NCBI GenBank assembly: GCA_965116905.1
Contig: OZ220732.1
Location: forward strand, 2,944,001 to 3,008,000
DNA: 64,000 bases
Source of the DNA: Longimicrobiales bacterium
GTDB taxonomy: Bacteria > Gemmatimonadota > Gemmatimonadetes > Longimicrobiales > Gaopeijiaceae
Reading direction: 5' to 3'
Of this stretch, positions 18,750 to 28,154 are shown piece after piece (the first letter of the stretch is position 1; the number at the start of each line of letters is the position of its first letter). The position numbers and the translations under genes are program-made. The notes under the pieces were generated by a model. That model did no database searches. It was not told where the DNA came from and saw only the letters and a program-made list of their open reading frames with translations.

Positions 18750-19703
18750 CTAGAAGCCCTCGCCGAAGCTGCCCCCGAAGCCGGCGCTGAGTCCGAAGCC
18801 GAAGATGCGTGACTTGGCCGTGTTTCGGCCGCCTACCACCTGCCCGAAGAACGCGTTGAGGCCGACAGTGCCGGTCAGGTCGGCGATCACCCGGCCGCCG
18901 AGAATCTGGGCGTCTTCCTGCAACCCGGGAAACCGGCTCGGTGAAAACCCGTCGCCGCCGATGTCAATACCGGACAGCGCGTTGACCACCCGGTAGTCGG
19001 CGCCGAGCGTCACCCGGCTGCCGGCCGGGATGAAGAGGAACATGTTGTAGAACATGTCGGCGGGAATGTCCACGGTCTCGCCTGCCCCACCGGCCCCGCC
19101 CACGGCATCGGGGTTGACTTCGGTGCCGCCGCGGTTCCGGTAGCCGACTTCCGCCGACACACCGAGGGCCTCCCAGAACTTCCCGACGACGAGCGATGTC
19201 TCAAGGCCGTTGCCGCCGTCTCCCAGCGAATTGATGTACCCGGTGTCGTAGCCCCCCGCGATGATCGCACCGACCCGAAGCGCGACACTGGGTGCATCGC
19301 TGATCAGTTCGTCGACGACCCGCCAGGTCACGGCGACATTGGTGTCGAACAGACCGCTGTAGCTCTCCTGTCCTCCGGCCGGACCGACAGCTCCCGCCAC
19401 GAAGCTCCGTGCCCAGGCGGTTTGCACGTCCAGTGCCACGGCGTCATGGAGCGCGTAGTTGAAGGCGAGCCACACCGTGCTCTGCGCGAGGTTGGCGCCG
19501 GTCGCCTCCAGCGGTCCCTTGACCGTGGTCGTCTCGCGGTAGAACTCGTGCGCGTTCTGATTCACGTACGAGATGCTGAAGGTGCCGGTCCCGGGCTCTC
19601 CGATCCAGGCAGCACCCTGCGCGGCGACCGGTTGGGCCGCCAGGCACGCCAAAAGGCTCGATGAGGCCAGAACCGCCAGGGAAAATCGGCCAGCGTGAGA
19701 CAT
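18750..19703 (-). CDS. Hypothetical outer-membrane beta-barrel protein
   Basis: ATG 19703 with SD GGAAGGA, signal peptide ending AAQ, amphipathic strands, aromatic C-terminal region. Confidence 0.75.
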   Translation of the reverse strand: MSHAGRFSLAVLASSSLLACLAAQPVAAQGAAWIGEPGTGTFSISYVNQNAHEFYRETTTVKGPLEATGANLAQSTVWLAFNYALHDAVALDVQTAWARSFVAGAVGPAGGQESYSGLFDTNVAVTWRVVDELISDAPSVALRVGAIIAGGYDTGYINSLGDGGNGLETSLVVGKFWEALGVSAEVGYRNRGGTEVNPDAVGGAGGAGETVDIPADMFYNMFLFIPAGSRVTLGADYRVVNALSGIDIGGDGFSPSRFPGLQEDAQILGGRVIADLTGTVGLNAFFGQVVGGRNTAKSRIFGFGLSAGFGGSFGEGF

Positions 19704-19774
19704 CCAGATGTCTCCTTCCGGGATGTGTCGGCGCGGCGCACCTGCCCGGTGCACGTCTATCCCACGGACTCAGC

Positions 19775-20152
19775 TTATCCCGCGGACTCCAGCTTGAAGC
19801 GGCGGGTGAGGAAATAGTGCACGACCTCCATGCGGATTCCGCAGTCTTCGATCTCTGGACCGCAGAGCTTCCGGACCGCCTCGTCGTCCGACGATCCCGT
19901 CTCCTCGTCCTCGTAGACCGCCGCGAGGCTGGCGGTCAGGCTCAGCGCCCGATCACGGTCCAGTTCGTTCTTCTGCAGCGGGCAGTCGTCACAGACCAGC
20001 ACCTTGAACGTCAGTGCCTTCCCCTGCGCATATGCCTTGCGCGGGCTGATTTGTCCGGGACCCGTTCCGATCGAACCGGACGGCGGGACCGGCCCGGGAG
20101 CGAAGGCGGCGGTGGCGGCGAGCAGCAACGCCAAACAAGCCAAACGTGTCAT
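19775..20152 (-). CDS. Small secreted Cys-containing hypothetical protein
   Basis: Signal peptide, CDDC and C-x6-C motifs, C-terminal HYFLTRRFKL. Confidence 0.7.
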   Translation of the reverse strand: MTRLACLALLLAATAAFAPGPVPPSGSIGTGPGQISPRKAYAQGKALTFKVLVCDDCPLQKNELDRDRALSLTASLAAVYEDEETGSSDDEAVRKLCGPEIEDCGIRMEVVHYFLTRRFKLESAG

Positions 20153-20299
20153 TGCAAGGACCTCACAGTCGTCGATTGGTCGCCAGCCGGCGGACGCCCG
20201 GTGAATGGCTTCTTACGCTACATGTCGCACCCGGACCGCGTCAAGCGATGCGACAGAAACGGACATCCCGCGACCTGCGCTCGGGTCACATCCCGCGAC

Positions 20300-21550
20300 C
20301 TACCCTCGGTCCCGGATCCGCAGCCGCCGGCCCGCCCGGTCAAGCACCAGCACAACCCCCATGCCCAGTGCGAAGAGCAGTGCCACCGCAACCGTGGACG
20401 GATCTCCCGTGATCGGCCAGGCCAGCACTTCCCTGCCCTCGGCCGTGTAGTCCGTGAATGGCCACAGCTTGCGCAGCGATCCCAACATGAGTCCCACGAG
20501 CACGGCGAGCGTGCCGTCGCGCCACCTGGCGAACAGTGCCTTCAGGACGCGGGCGAACGTGAGCAGACCGATCGTCACGGCGGCAATCATGGTCAGCACC
20601 ACGGCTATCGCGTCCGGGTCCCAGTGGTTGACCGCCAGACGCAGCGAATACAGGACGAAGTGATAGAGCCCAAGCAGGAGTAGTACGAACGCCCCGGACA
20701 CGCCTGGAAGCGTCATCGCGGATATCGCCAGCACCCCGCCCACAAAGATGAACAGAAGACCCGGATCGCGTCCTCCACCCGTCGGGGCGGGTTGCCACAC
20801 GGCGGATATCTCCAGCGGACCCTCGGCCACCTGGATCGAGCCTGGCGGGAGGTTCCCCGCAGCCCCCGCCATCCGCGCGACGACCTCCAGCTCCACCGAT
20901 GTGCTGCCCGCCGGCACCGCAACCGATCGGGCCGGGCCGTACGAAATGCCGGGCCGCGTCCCGGACTCCGGTGCTTCGAGCGTCAGGTTGCCTCGCGTCA
21001 GGCGCACGTCGGACGGCGCGGGCGCAAATGCCAGCGTCACGGCGCCGGTCGCGAGCCGGTTCGCCGACGTCGGCAGTCCCGTGAACCACGCCGTGGCGAC
21101 GGCCGCTCCCGCTACGAGCGCCCACCGTACAGGACGCCAATGCCCGATCCTCCGCGCCGGGATCATCACCGACGCCGCGACCAGCCCCAGGAACAGACCG
21201 CTCATCTGTGCCGGGTACGCGCTCAGCAGGGACGGAAGCACCAGCGAGCCCGCTGCGATCGCCGGCAGGATGCCCGCCGCCACGAACAGCAGCAGCAGAA
21301 CCCGGCGCGCGTCAGCTTCCTCCGGCCCTTCGCCCAGTCCCGTGGGGTCTCGCAGTCCCAGCCGCACGGCGGTCCGGAACGCCGGGGTGCGGATGCGTCC
21401 CAACATGGCGGCGCTCACGCTGCCGACCGCGTCGACCAGCCGCGGATAGATCCCCAGGATCAGCGCCACCGTTCCCCCGGAAACCCCCGGAATCACATCC
21501 GCCAGACCCATGCAGAAACCGCGTGCGGTGTTGCCGAGCCACTGCTTCAT
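20300..21550 (-). CDS. DUF368-family membrane protein (undecaprenyl-phosphate translocase family) with a ~100-aa inserted domain
   Basis: GFCMGLADVIPGVSGGTVALILGIY and AISAMTLPGVSGAFVLLLLGLY repeats, GLMLGSLRKLWPF. ATGA overlap with the surE stop. Confidence 0.92.
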   Translation of the reverse strand: MKQWLGNTARGFCMGLADVIPGVSGGTVALILGIYPRLVDAVGSVSAAMLGRIRTPAFRTAVRLGLRDPTGLGEGPEEADARRVLLLLFVAAGILPAIAAGSLVLPSLLSAYPAQMSGLFLGLVAASVMIPARRIGHWRPVRWALVAGAAVATAWFTGLPTSANRLATGAVTLAFAPAPSDVRLTRGNLTLEAPESGTRPGISYGPARSVAVPAGSTSVELEVVARMAGAAGNLPPGSIQVAEGPLEISAVWQPAPTGGGRDPGLLFIFVGGVLAISAMTLPGVSGAFVLLLLGLYHFVLYSLRLAVNHWDPDAIAVVLTMIAAVTIGLLTFARVLKALFARWRDGTLAVLVGLMLGSLRKLWPFTDYTAEGREVLAWPITGDPSTVAVALLFALGMGVVLVLDRAGRRLRIRDRG

Positions 21551-22296
21551 GTGGTTTCGAGATTCCACCCCCGGACGTCGTCCAGGCGCGAGTAGCTGGT
21601 CAGATCCAGGTGAAGGGGCGTCACCGACACGAACCCGTCGCGCACCGCGCGAAAATCGGCCTCGGGGCCCCCGTTCCAGTGCGGATCCCCACCGCCGATC
21701 CAGTAGTATCCCCGTCCGGAGGGGTCGGGCGCCCGGGTGATTGCGTCTCGGTACCTGCGTCTGCCCAGGTTGGTCACGCGCACGCCGCGCAGCTCGGAGG
21801 GGGGCAGCGACGGCAGGTTGACGTTCAGGAGCTCGTGCTTCGGGATTCCGTTGCCCACAATCTGTTCCAGCAGGCGCGTCACCACCGGCAGCCAGCCCTC
21901 GACCTCTTCGATCCCCTGCCCCACGTACGAAAACGCCACGGACGGGATGCCCAGGATCGTCGCTTCCATCGCGGCCGCGACCGTTCCCGAGTACAGAACG
22001 TCCTCGCCCAGATTGGGGCCGTGATTGATCCCGGACACGCAGAGGTCCGGACGCTCATCGAGGAACTCGTTGACGGCCAGGATCACACAGTCCGTGGGCG
22101 TCCCGTCGACGATGATGGCTCCGTCGGGCGTCTTGCGCCGCCGCAGGGGCCGATGCAGCGTGAGCGCGCTGCTGGACGCACTCTGTTCGCGGTCCGGAGC
22201 GACGATGTTCACGGTGCCGATCCCCCGCGCGGCACGGGCGAGCACCCGAATGCCCGGCGACAGGTACCCGTCGTCGTTCGTGCAGAGAATGCGCAC
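21547..22296 (-). CDS. surE: 5'/3'-nucleotidase SurE
   Basis: RILCTNDDG, APDREQSA, DGTPTDCV, SGINHGPNLG..VLYSGTVAAAME. Confidence 0.97.
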   Translation of the reverse strand: MRILCTNDDGYLSPGIRVLARAARGIGTVNIVAPDREQSASSSALTLHRPLRRRKTPDGAIIVDGTPTDCVILAVNEFLDERPDLCVSGINHGPNLGEDVLYSGTVAAAMEATILGIPSVAFSYVGQGIEEVEGWLPVVTRLLEQIVGNGIPKHELLNVNLPSLPPSELRGVRVTNLGRRRYRDAITRAPDPSGRGYYWIGGGDPHWNGGPEADFRAVRDGFVSVTPLHLDLTSYSRLDDVRGWNLETT

Positions 22297-22315
22297 CGGT
22301 GGGCGGTCCGCAGGC

Positions 22316-22672
22316 TCAGGCCGGCGGAAGGGTCAGGACTTCACGCAGTTCGGTAAGCCCTTCCTTGATCGAGGCCAGGACCGCGGGCTCCGTCTGAAAC
22401 GCGCGGGCGTCGTCCACCTTGCCCGACCGGCGCATCTCCTGCAGCTCCCGCTTCGCGCCCTCGATTGTGAAGCGCTTCTCGTAGAGGAGGTGCTTGACCA
22501 GGAGGATCGTCTCGATCTCCCGCATGCGGTAGACGCGGCTCCCGCCACGATTCTTTGTCGGAGACAGGATGTCGAATTGGGTCTCCCAATACCTGAGCAC
22601 GTGTGCCTTAAGTCCTGTCAAACTACTAACTTCACCGATCGAGTAATAGGTTTTGCGAGCGATCGGCTCCAC
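22316..22672 (-). CDS. MerR-family HTH regulator
   Basis: GTG 22672; YYSIGEVS..TGLKAHVLRYWETQF, LLYEKRFTIEGAK. Confidence 0.9.
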   Translation of the reverse strand: MEPIARKTYYSIGEVSSLTGLKAHVLRYWETQFDILSPTKNRGGSRVYRMREIETILLVKHLLYEKRFTIEGAKRELQEMRRSGKVDDARAFQTEPAVLASIKEGLTELREVLTLPPA

Positions 22673-22674
22673 GT

Positions 22675-23715
22675 TCAGCTCCCTTCCCCGAAGTTGAGGA
22701 AATCCGGGTTTTCGGATTTCGGTTCCCTGGTCATGAGACGGTGCAGTGCCTCCATCGGATCCGCACCCTCTGCGACAATGCGGTGGACTTCGGCCGAGAC
22801 AGGCATCTCGACGCCGAGTTTCCGCGCCAACCGATGGACCGCCCGTACGGTCGCGACCCCTTCCGCCACCGTTCGCGCGTTGCCCATGATTTCGCTCATG
22901 GACCGTCCCTGTCCCAGCTGCACGCCCACCGTCCGGTTGCGGCTGAGGCCCCCGGTGCAGGTCAGTACAAGATCGCCCATCCCGGCGAGACCCGCGAACG
23001 TAGCGGGTTGCGCACCGAGAGCAACGCCCAGGCGCGTCATCTCGGCGATCCCCCGGGTCATCAGCGCGGCCACGGCGTTGTGTCCCAGCTCCAGCCCCGC
23101 CGCAACACCCGCGGCGAGCGCGATCACGTTCTTGAGCGCACCGCCCAGCTCCACACCGACGACGTCCGGATTGGTGTAGACGCGGAAGCGGTCGGTCTGG
23201 AACAGCGCCTGCGCGCGCAGACACGAAGCCTCGTCCCGGCTCGCGATCACGACCACGGTGGGCGCCCCGGCAACCACCTCACGCGCGAAGCTCGGCCCGG
23301 ACAGCACGCACAGCCGCCTCGACTGTTCCGCCGGCAGCTCTCCGGCAAAGATCTCGTCCATGCGGCGCAGCGTCGCCACTTCGATCCCCTTCGACGCGCT
23401 CACCACCGTGGCCTCGGGCGGGATCAGGGGGGCGGCCTCGGCCAGGACCGCGGCCGAGTACTGTACCGGGCACACCCATACCACCGTCTCGGCCCGGCTC
23501 AGGGCCCGCGCCATCGAGTTGGTGACGGACAGGCGCGGGTCGAGGTCGGCCCCGTCAAGGTACAGGGCGTTGCGCCCGGTGTCGGCAAACGAGGCCACGA
23601 CCTCGGGCTCGCGCGCCCACAGCCGGACGGCCGCACCCGTGCCGGCCAGGAGGTTCGCGAGTGCCGTCCCCCAGGCACCCGCGCCGATCACCGCAACCCT
23701 GTGCCGAGGCGTCAT
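22675..23715 (-). CDS. gpsA: NAD(P)H-dependent glycerol-3-phosphate dehydrogenase
   Basis: GAGAWGTA, LSGPSFAREV, GGALKNVIA, GMGDLVLTC...SRNR. Confidence 0.97.
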   Translation of the reverse strand: MTPRHRVAVIGAGAWGTALANLLAGTGAAVRLWAREPEVVASFADTGRNALYLDGADLDPRLSVTNSMARALSRAETVVWVCPVQYSAAVLAEAAPLIPPEATVVSASKGIEVATLRRMDEIFAGELPAEQSRRLCVLSGPSFAREVVAGAPTVVVIASRDEASCLRAQALFQTDRFRVYTNPDVVGVELGGALKNVIALAAGVAAGLELGHNAVAALMTRGIAEMTRLGVALGAQPATFAGLAGMGDLVLTCTGGLSRNRTVGVQLGQGRSMSEIMGNARTVAEGVATVRAVHRLARKLGVEMPVSAEVHRIVAEGADPMEALHRLMTREPKSENPDFLNFGEGS

Positions 23716-24392
23716 GTGCTCTCGTCACCGGCGTCATCGCCGCCGGCGTCGTGGTCACGACCGTCGTTGTCGCCGCCACCGCCGCCGTGGCCGCCACTGC
23801 TGCCCGCGCGGGGCTCAGTCCCCGCCAGCAGGCGGCGGATATTGGAGCGGTGGGCCCAGATCACGAACACCGCGATGAAGCCGAGAAAGACGCGGACGGG
23901 CGGGTCGAGGTCCGGAAACACGATGCCCAGGATCCCGACCACGAGCGCGGCCGCCATCGAGGCAACCGACACGGTGCGGGTCGCCAGCATGCCGAGGAGC
24001 CAGGCCCCGAGTCCCGCAAGCGCGACCATCGGCGCCATGGCGATCAGAACGCCCCCGCTGGTCGCGACCCCCTTCCCCCCCTTGAAGCCGACCCAGAGCG
24101 AATACACGTGGCCCACGATCGCCGCCGCTCCGTAGATGACCGGCCACACGGCCGCCTCCTGGCCGTCGAGACCCGGAAACCACCAGACGGGCGCAAACCC
24201 CTTGAACACATCGGCGACCATCACGAAGGCCGCCGGCCGCCACCCCAGAACACGGAAGACGTTGGTGGCCCCGAGGTTGCAGCTGCCGAGCGTCCGCAGG
24301 TCCTTGCCGTAGAGGAACCGACCGACCCAGAAAGCCGATGGCACGGCGCCTGCGGCATAGGCCGCCAGGGTCAGGAGCAGTGGGGTTGTCAC
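23712..24392 (-). CDS. plsY: Glycerol-3-phosphate acyltransferase PlsY
   Basis: GSCNLGATNVFR, DVFKG, GH...FKGGKGVAT, HRSNIRRL. Confidence 0.96.
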   Translation of the reverse strand: MTTPLLLTLAAYAAGAVPSAFWVGRFLYGKDLRTLGSCNLGATNVFRVLGWRPAAFVMVADVFKGFAPVWWFPGLDGQEAAVWPVIYGAAAIVGHVYSLWVGFKGGKGVATSGGVLIAMAPMVALAGLGAWLLGMLATRTVSVASMAAALVVGILGIVFPDLDPPVRVFLGFIAVFVIWAHRSNIRRLLAGTEPRAGSSGGHGGGGGDNDGRDHDAGGDDAGDEST

Positions 24393-24546
24393 GGCACCTC
24401 GTTTGCGCCGAACGGCGCGGTGGACCGGGTCGCTGCGGCCAATCGTCCGCCTCTCCCCACGACGTTAACCACAACGTGGCGTCCGAATCCAGACCGCGTG
24501 GACGGGCGGCGCGGCCGCGCGCAGACACATCCGGCACGGTCGCGCG

Positions 24547-25860
24547 TCATTCGCCGCTCCTGCGAAGCCGCAGGCGGATCGGGACGCCCGTGAAGTCCCA
24601 TGTGGAGCGCAGCCAATTGACGACGTAGCGCCTGTAGTGTTCCGGGATCTCGTCGGGGAGGTTGGAGAAGACGATGAACGTCGGTGGCGCGGTGCGGGCC
24701 TGCGTGGCGTACTTCAGCCTGACCGGGCGCCCGCGGGCGTGCGGAGGCGGCTGGCGGCGTGCCGCGGCCTGGACCGCCTCGTTGACCTGGGCGGTGCCGA
24801 TGTGCTGCCTGCGCCGGTCCGCGACCTCGAGCACGAGGTCGAGCGCCTTGCGGATGCGGAGACCCGTCAGGGCAGAGGCGAACAGGAACGGGACGTGACC
24901 AAGAAAGGGGGCTCGTCTTGCGGCATCGCGCTCGAACTCGGCCGCCGTGCCCGTGTCCTTCGCCACAAGGTCCCACTTGTTGCATACCAGCACCACGCCG
25001 CACCCGGCCTCCCACGCCGTCTCCGCCACCTTGACGTCCTGCGCGTGCAGCCCTTCGGCACTGTCCACCACCACCAGGCAGACATCCGCTTCGCGCACCA
25101 CCCGGGCGGTCCGCAGGCTGCAGTAGTACTCGATCGAATCCTTCATGCGTGCGTGGCGACGGAGTCCCGCGGTGTCGACGAACGTCAGGTTGAGGCCGTG
25201 GTATTTCATGGGCAGGTCGACCGGATCGCGCGTCGTGCCGGGCACGTCGCTCACCAGCACGCGGTCCTGGCCGAACAGCCGGTTCACCAGCGAGGACTTC
25301 CCCGCGTTGGGCTTTCCGATCACGGCGATGCGCAGATCGTCGCTCTCGGGCCGGCCTTCCTCGTCCGGGAGCAGGGGGACCAAAGCATCGAAGAGGTCGC
25401 CAAAGCCCCTGCCCGCGATCGAGCTGACCGGATGGGGCTCGCCCATTCCAAGCTCCCAGAAGTCCAGGTGCGTCTGCTCCGTGGGCAGGTTGTCGACCTT
25501 GTTCACGGCCAGGAGAACGGGCTTGTCGGCCCGGCGCAGCACTTCGGCAAGCTTCTGGTCCAACGGGTGAACCCCCGCCCGCGAATCCACCAGGAACACG
25601 ACGACATCGGCCTCCGTCACGGCGGTCATCGCCTGCTCACGGATCAGCCGGTCGATCGTGCGCCGGGAGCCTTCCACGACGCCGCCGGTGTCGACCAGGA
25701 AGAAGTCCCGGCCGGTCCAGTCGGCCTGCCCGAAATTGCGATCCCGGGTCACGCCGGGCGTGTCGTCCACGATGGCGACCCGGCGCCCGATGGCCCGGTT
25801 GAAGAAGGTGGACTTGCCGACGTTGGGCCTCCCCACAACCGCGACGACGGGGAGGCTCAT
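24547..25860 (-). CDS. der: Ribosome biogenesis GTPase Der
   Basis: Two G domains (GRPNVGKST, GKPNAGKSSL) and a KH-like C-terminus. Confidence 0.98.
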   Translation of the reverse strand: MSLPVVAVVGRPNVGKSTFFNRAIGRRVAIVDDTPGVTRDRNFGQADWTGRDFFLVDTGGVVEGSRRTIDRLIREQAMTAVTEADVVVFLVDSRAGVHPLDQKLAEVLRRADKPVLLAVNKVDNLPTEQTHLDFWELGMGEPHPVSSIAGRGFGDLFDALVPLLPDEEGRPESDDLRIAVIGKPNAGKSSLVNRLFGQDRVLVSDVPGTTRDPVDLPMKYHGLNLTFVDTAGLRRHARMKDSIEYYCSLRTARVVREADVCLVVVDSAEGLHAQDVKVAETAWEAGCGVVLVCNKWDLVAKDTGTAAEFERDAARRAPFLGHVPFLFASALTGLRIRKALDLVLEVADRRRQHIGTAQVNEAVQAAARRQPPPHARGRPVRLKYATQARTAPPTFIVFSNLPDEIPEHYRRYVVNWLRSTWDFTGVPIRLRLRRSGE

Positions 25861-27131
25861 GACGAAATCAGCGTCTCGACGACCTCGGCGCCGCTCCGGA
25901 CGGTCGCCGGAGACAGTTGCGCAGCCACCTCGGAGAGCGCGACGCCGTCAATGAACAGGCCGCCGTCGTTGAGGGCCTCGCCGGGCAGCAGAACGAGGTC
26001 TCCACTGGTGGATCCGGAAGCCGCCCGAAGGACGTCGGCGCCGGACAGAAGCCCCGCTATGGTCACGCTGGAGCCGAAGTACCGGTTCTCGACGGCGAGC
26101 ACCTCCACGGCGCATTCCATCCGCGTCGCGATCGAAGTCGACATGCGCTCGAAGAAGGGGCCCATCGACGTGCCGGTGACGATTCGCACGCGTTCCACCC
26201 CATCTGCGGGGGACAGGCGTCCCTTGCCCGTCTCGAACGCGTCCAGGAGCGACCTGAGCGCTCCGACCCCGTTTTCCAGCAGTGGCCAGTCGTCGTAGTA
26301 GTCGCCGGGTGGGACGTCCCTGCCCGCGATGAGGAAGAGTTCGTCCGCCGCGTAGCACCAATGGTGGCCGCGGCTCGCCAGCGCCCGTTGCCGGATCGCT
26401 TCGGTCTGAAGGATCGCGGTCTCGGCCTCTGCGGCGCTCAGAAGGCGCACCGGCCGGTTGAGGTTGTAGCGCGTCAGACCCACCGGCACGACCGACAGGC
26501 TCAGGACGCCATCGCCCAGCGCGTACAACTCCCGTATGGTGCGGTCCAGCTCCTGGCCGTCGTTCCACTGCGGACAGAGAACCACCTGCGTGTGCACCTG
26601 GAGTCCCGCATCCAGGAGCGTCGCCAGCTGTTCCATCAGCAGCCCCGCGCGCTCGTTCTTGAGAAGCCGGATCCGGACGGCCGGGTTGGTCGCGTGCACG
26701 CTGACATACAGCGGCGAGATGCGCTGGTCCACCAATCGCTGGAGACCGCGGGGACCGAGGTTGGTCAGGGTGACGTAGCTTCCGTAGGTGAAGGACAGAC
26801 GGAAGTCGTCGTCGCGCAGCCACAGCGGCTCGCGGGCATCCGGGGGGTTGCCGTCGATGAAGCAGAAGACGCACTCGTTCGCGCATTCGCGGATCTTGTC
26901 CCGCGCCGGCACGATCCCGAGGCGCTCGGAGGGGTCCCGAGAGATCTGGTAGACGATTGGACTGCCGTCCGGATCGACGGCCTCGAGCTCGATCTCGCTC
27001 TCGGCGGTTCGGAACATGAAATCGAGTCCGTCCCGGACCCGTTCCCCGTTCACCGTCAGGATCCGTGTCCCGATCCGAAGCTCAAGCGCCTCCGCGATCG
27101 ATCCCGGACCGATCTCCCCGATTCGTACCAA
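25857..27131 (-). CDS. DUF512 Fe-S/radical-SAM-like protein with N-terminal PDZ-like domain
   Basis: CANECVFCFID, DDDFRLSFTYGSYVTLTN, LENGVG; adjacent to der as in other phyla. Confidence 0.9.
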   Translation of the reverse strand: MVRIGEIGPGSIAEALELRIGTRILTVNGERVRDGLDFMFRTAESEIELEAVDPDGSPIVYQISRDPSERLGIVPARDKIRECANECVFCFIDGNPPDAREPLWLRDDDFRLSFTYGSYVTLTNLGPRGLQRLVDQRISPLYVSVHATNPAVRIRLLKNERAGLLMEQLATLLDAGLQVHTQVVLCPQWNDGQELDRTIRELYALGDGVLSLSVVPVGLTRYNLNRPVRLLSAAEAETAILQTEAIRQRALASRGHHWCYAADELFLIAGRDVPPGDYYDDWPLLENGVGALRSLLDAFETGKGRLSPADGVERVRIVTGTSMGPFFERMSTSIATRMECAVEVLAVENRYFGSSVTIAGLLSGADVLRAASGSTSGDLVLLPGEALNDGGLFIDGVALSEVAAQLSPATVRSGAEVVETLISS

Positions 27132-27138
27132 CTGCCGC

Positions 27139-28014
27139 CTAACGGTGCCTGGAGAGCATCTCCTGGAAGAGGATGTGGCTCCGCACAGGCTCCCAGGTAT
27201 ACCTGGTGGAGAGGCTGTTCACGGTGACCAGAGTGGAACTCGCGATCAGGGGCTCGAGAAGTTCGACCGCCGCCTGTACGTCGCCGAGCTCGGCGTACGT
27301 CTGCGCCCAGCGGCGTTGCACGGCGGGGCGCTCGTCGTCGCTGACCGGCATGGACATCGCCTTCGCAAGCGCCTCGCGGGCGTCTGACGTGCGGCCCGCA
27401 CGGGCCAGATTGCGCGCGTACTGCCCCTGCCAGTTCGCCTGTGCGTCGGGGTCGGCGAATTCGAGGGGGTTGCGGTCCCAGGCAGAGACGAGTTCGCCCC
27501 ACAGAATCCGCGAATCGTGCAGGCGGCCGGCGACCCTGTGCACCCACGCCTTCTCCGCCAGGCAGGGGCATCGATACTCGGGATCCGGGTGGTCCGGCGC
27601 GAAATGGAGGATCATGTCGTCGAACTCGCCCCCGAGCAGAAGCGACGGGAAGTTGTTCGTCACCGACGCGATCTCCTGCGGCGTCATCCGGATCCGCTGG
27701 CGGGCCTCGCGAAACGCGCGTTGCATGCCGTTGGAGCCCCTCCCGGCGGCGAGAGCCTGGAAGATCATCTCGGTCACCCACGCATTGTCCGCCTGCTCGA
27801 GGGCGACCGTGGCCTTCTCCATCAATTCGCTTGCAGTAGAGAAGTCACCCAGAAGTCGGGCCGCCGAAGCGCCGCGAAGGACCGTGTTCACTTCGGCGCC
27901 CATCACTCGGGCCGACTCGATCCGGCGCGCAAGTTCCTCCGCGGAAGTCTGGGCAACGACCGGCGTGGCCGCCGCTAGAAACAACAGGCTGGCTACCAGT
28001 ATTCCACGGCGCAT
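27139..28014 (-). CDS. Secreted TPR-like hypothetical protein
   Basis: SD GGAGG, signal peptide, helical repeats, C-terminus WEPVRSHILFQEML. Confidence 0.75.
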   Translation of the reverse strand: MRRGILVASLLFLAAATPVVAQTSAEELARRIESARVMGAEVNTVLRGASAARLLGDFSTASELMEKATVALEQADNAWVTEMIFQALAAGRGSNGMQRAFREARQRIRMTPQEIASVTNNFPSLLLGGEFDDMILHFAPDHPDPEYRCPCLAEKAWVHRVAGRLHDSRILWGELVSAWDRNPLEFADPDAQANWQGQYARNLARAGRTSDAREALAKAMSMPVSDDERPAVQRRWAQTYAELGDVQAAVELLEPLIASSTLVTVNSLSTRYTWEPVRSHILFQEMLSRHR

Positions 28015-28120
28015 TGTTCACCTCCGGCTGAGATTGAACCGCTCGGCGTCCTCGACGGATGCCTGCCTGACCCGTCCAAAGTAAGCCCGAACCGTGACTC
28101 GGCGCCACAGGCCAGGATCC

Positions 28121-28152
28121 CCGGCGGTCGGCTACCTGACCCCGACCGCCGG
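28121..28152 (-). terminator. 11-bp GC hairpin just downstream of tRNA-Gly (no U-tract)
   Basis: ccggcggtcgg-N10-ccgaccgccgg. Confidence 0.5.
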
Positions 28153-28154
28153 CA

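Noticed and set aside
6326..20152. Accessory region as a single mobile element or defence island
   Set aside because: No transposase, integrase, terminal repeats or recognisable defence domains; mixed orientations suggest piecemeal gain and loss.
20765..21061. Baseplate-like segment as evidence of a prophage or contractile injection system
   Set aside because: No tail, sheath, capsid or integrase genes nearby; it is an in-frame insert in a core gene.
22316..23224. 302-aa version of the MerR ORF, and similar N-terminal extensions of clpC, lpxA, lpxB, ku and era
   Set aside because: The extensions overlap upstream genes or lack homology; shorter starts fit SD or stop/start overlaps.
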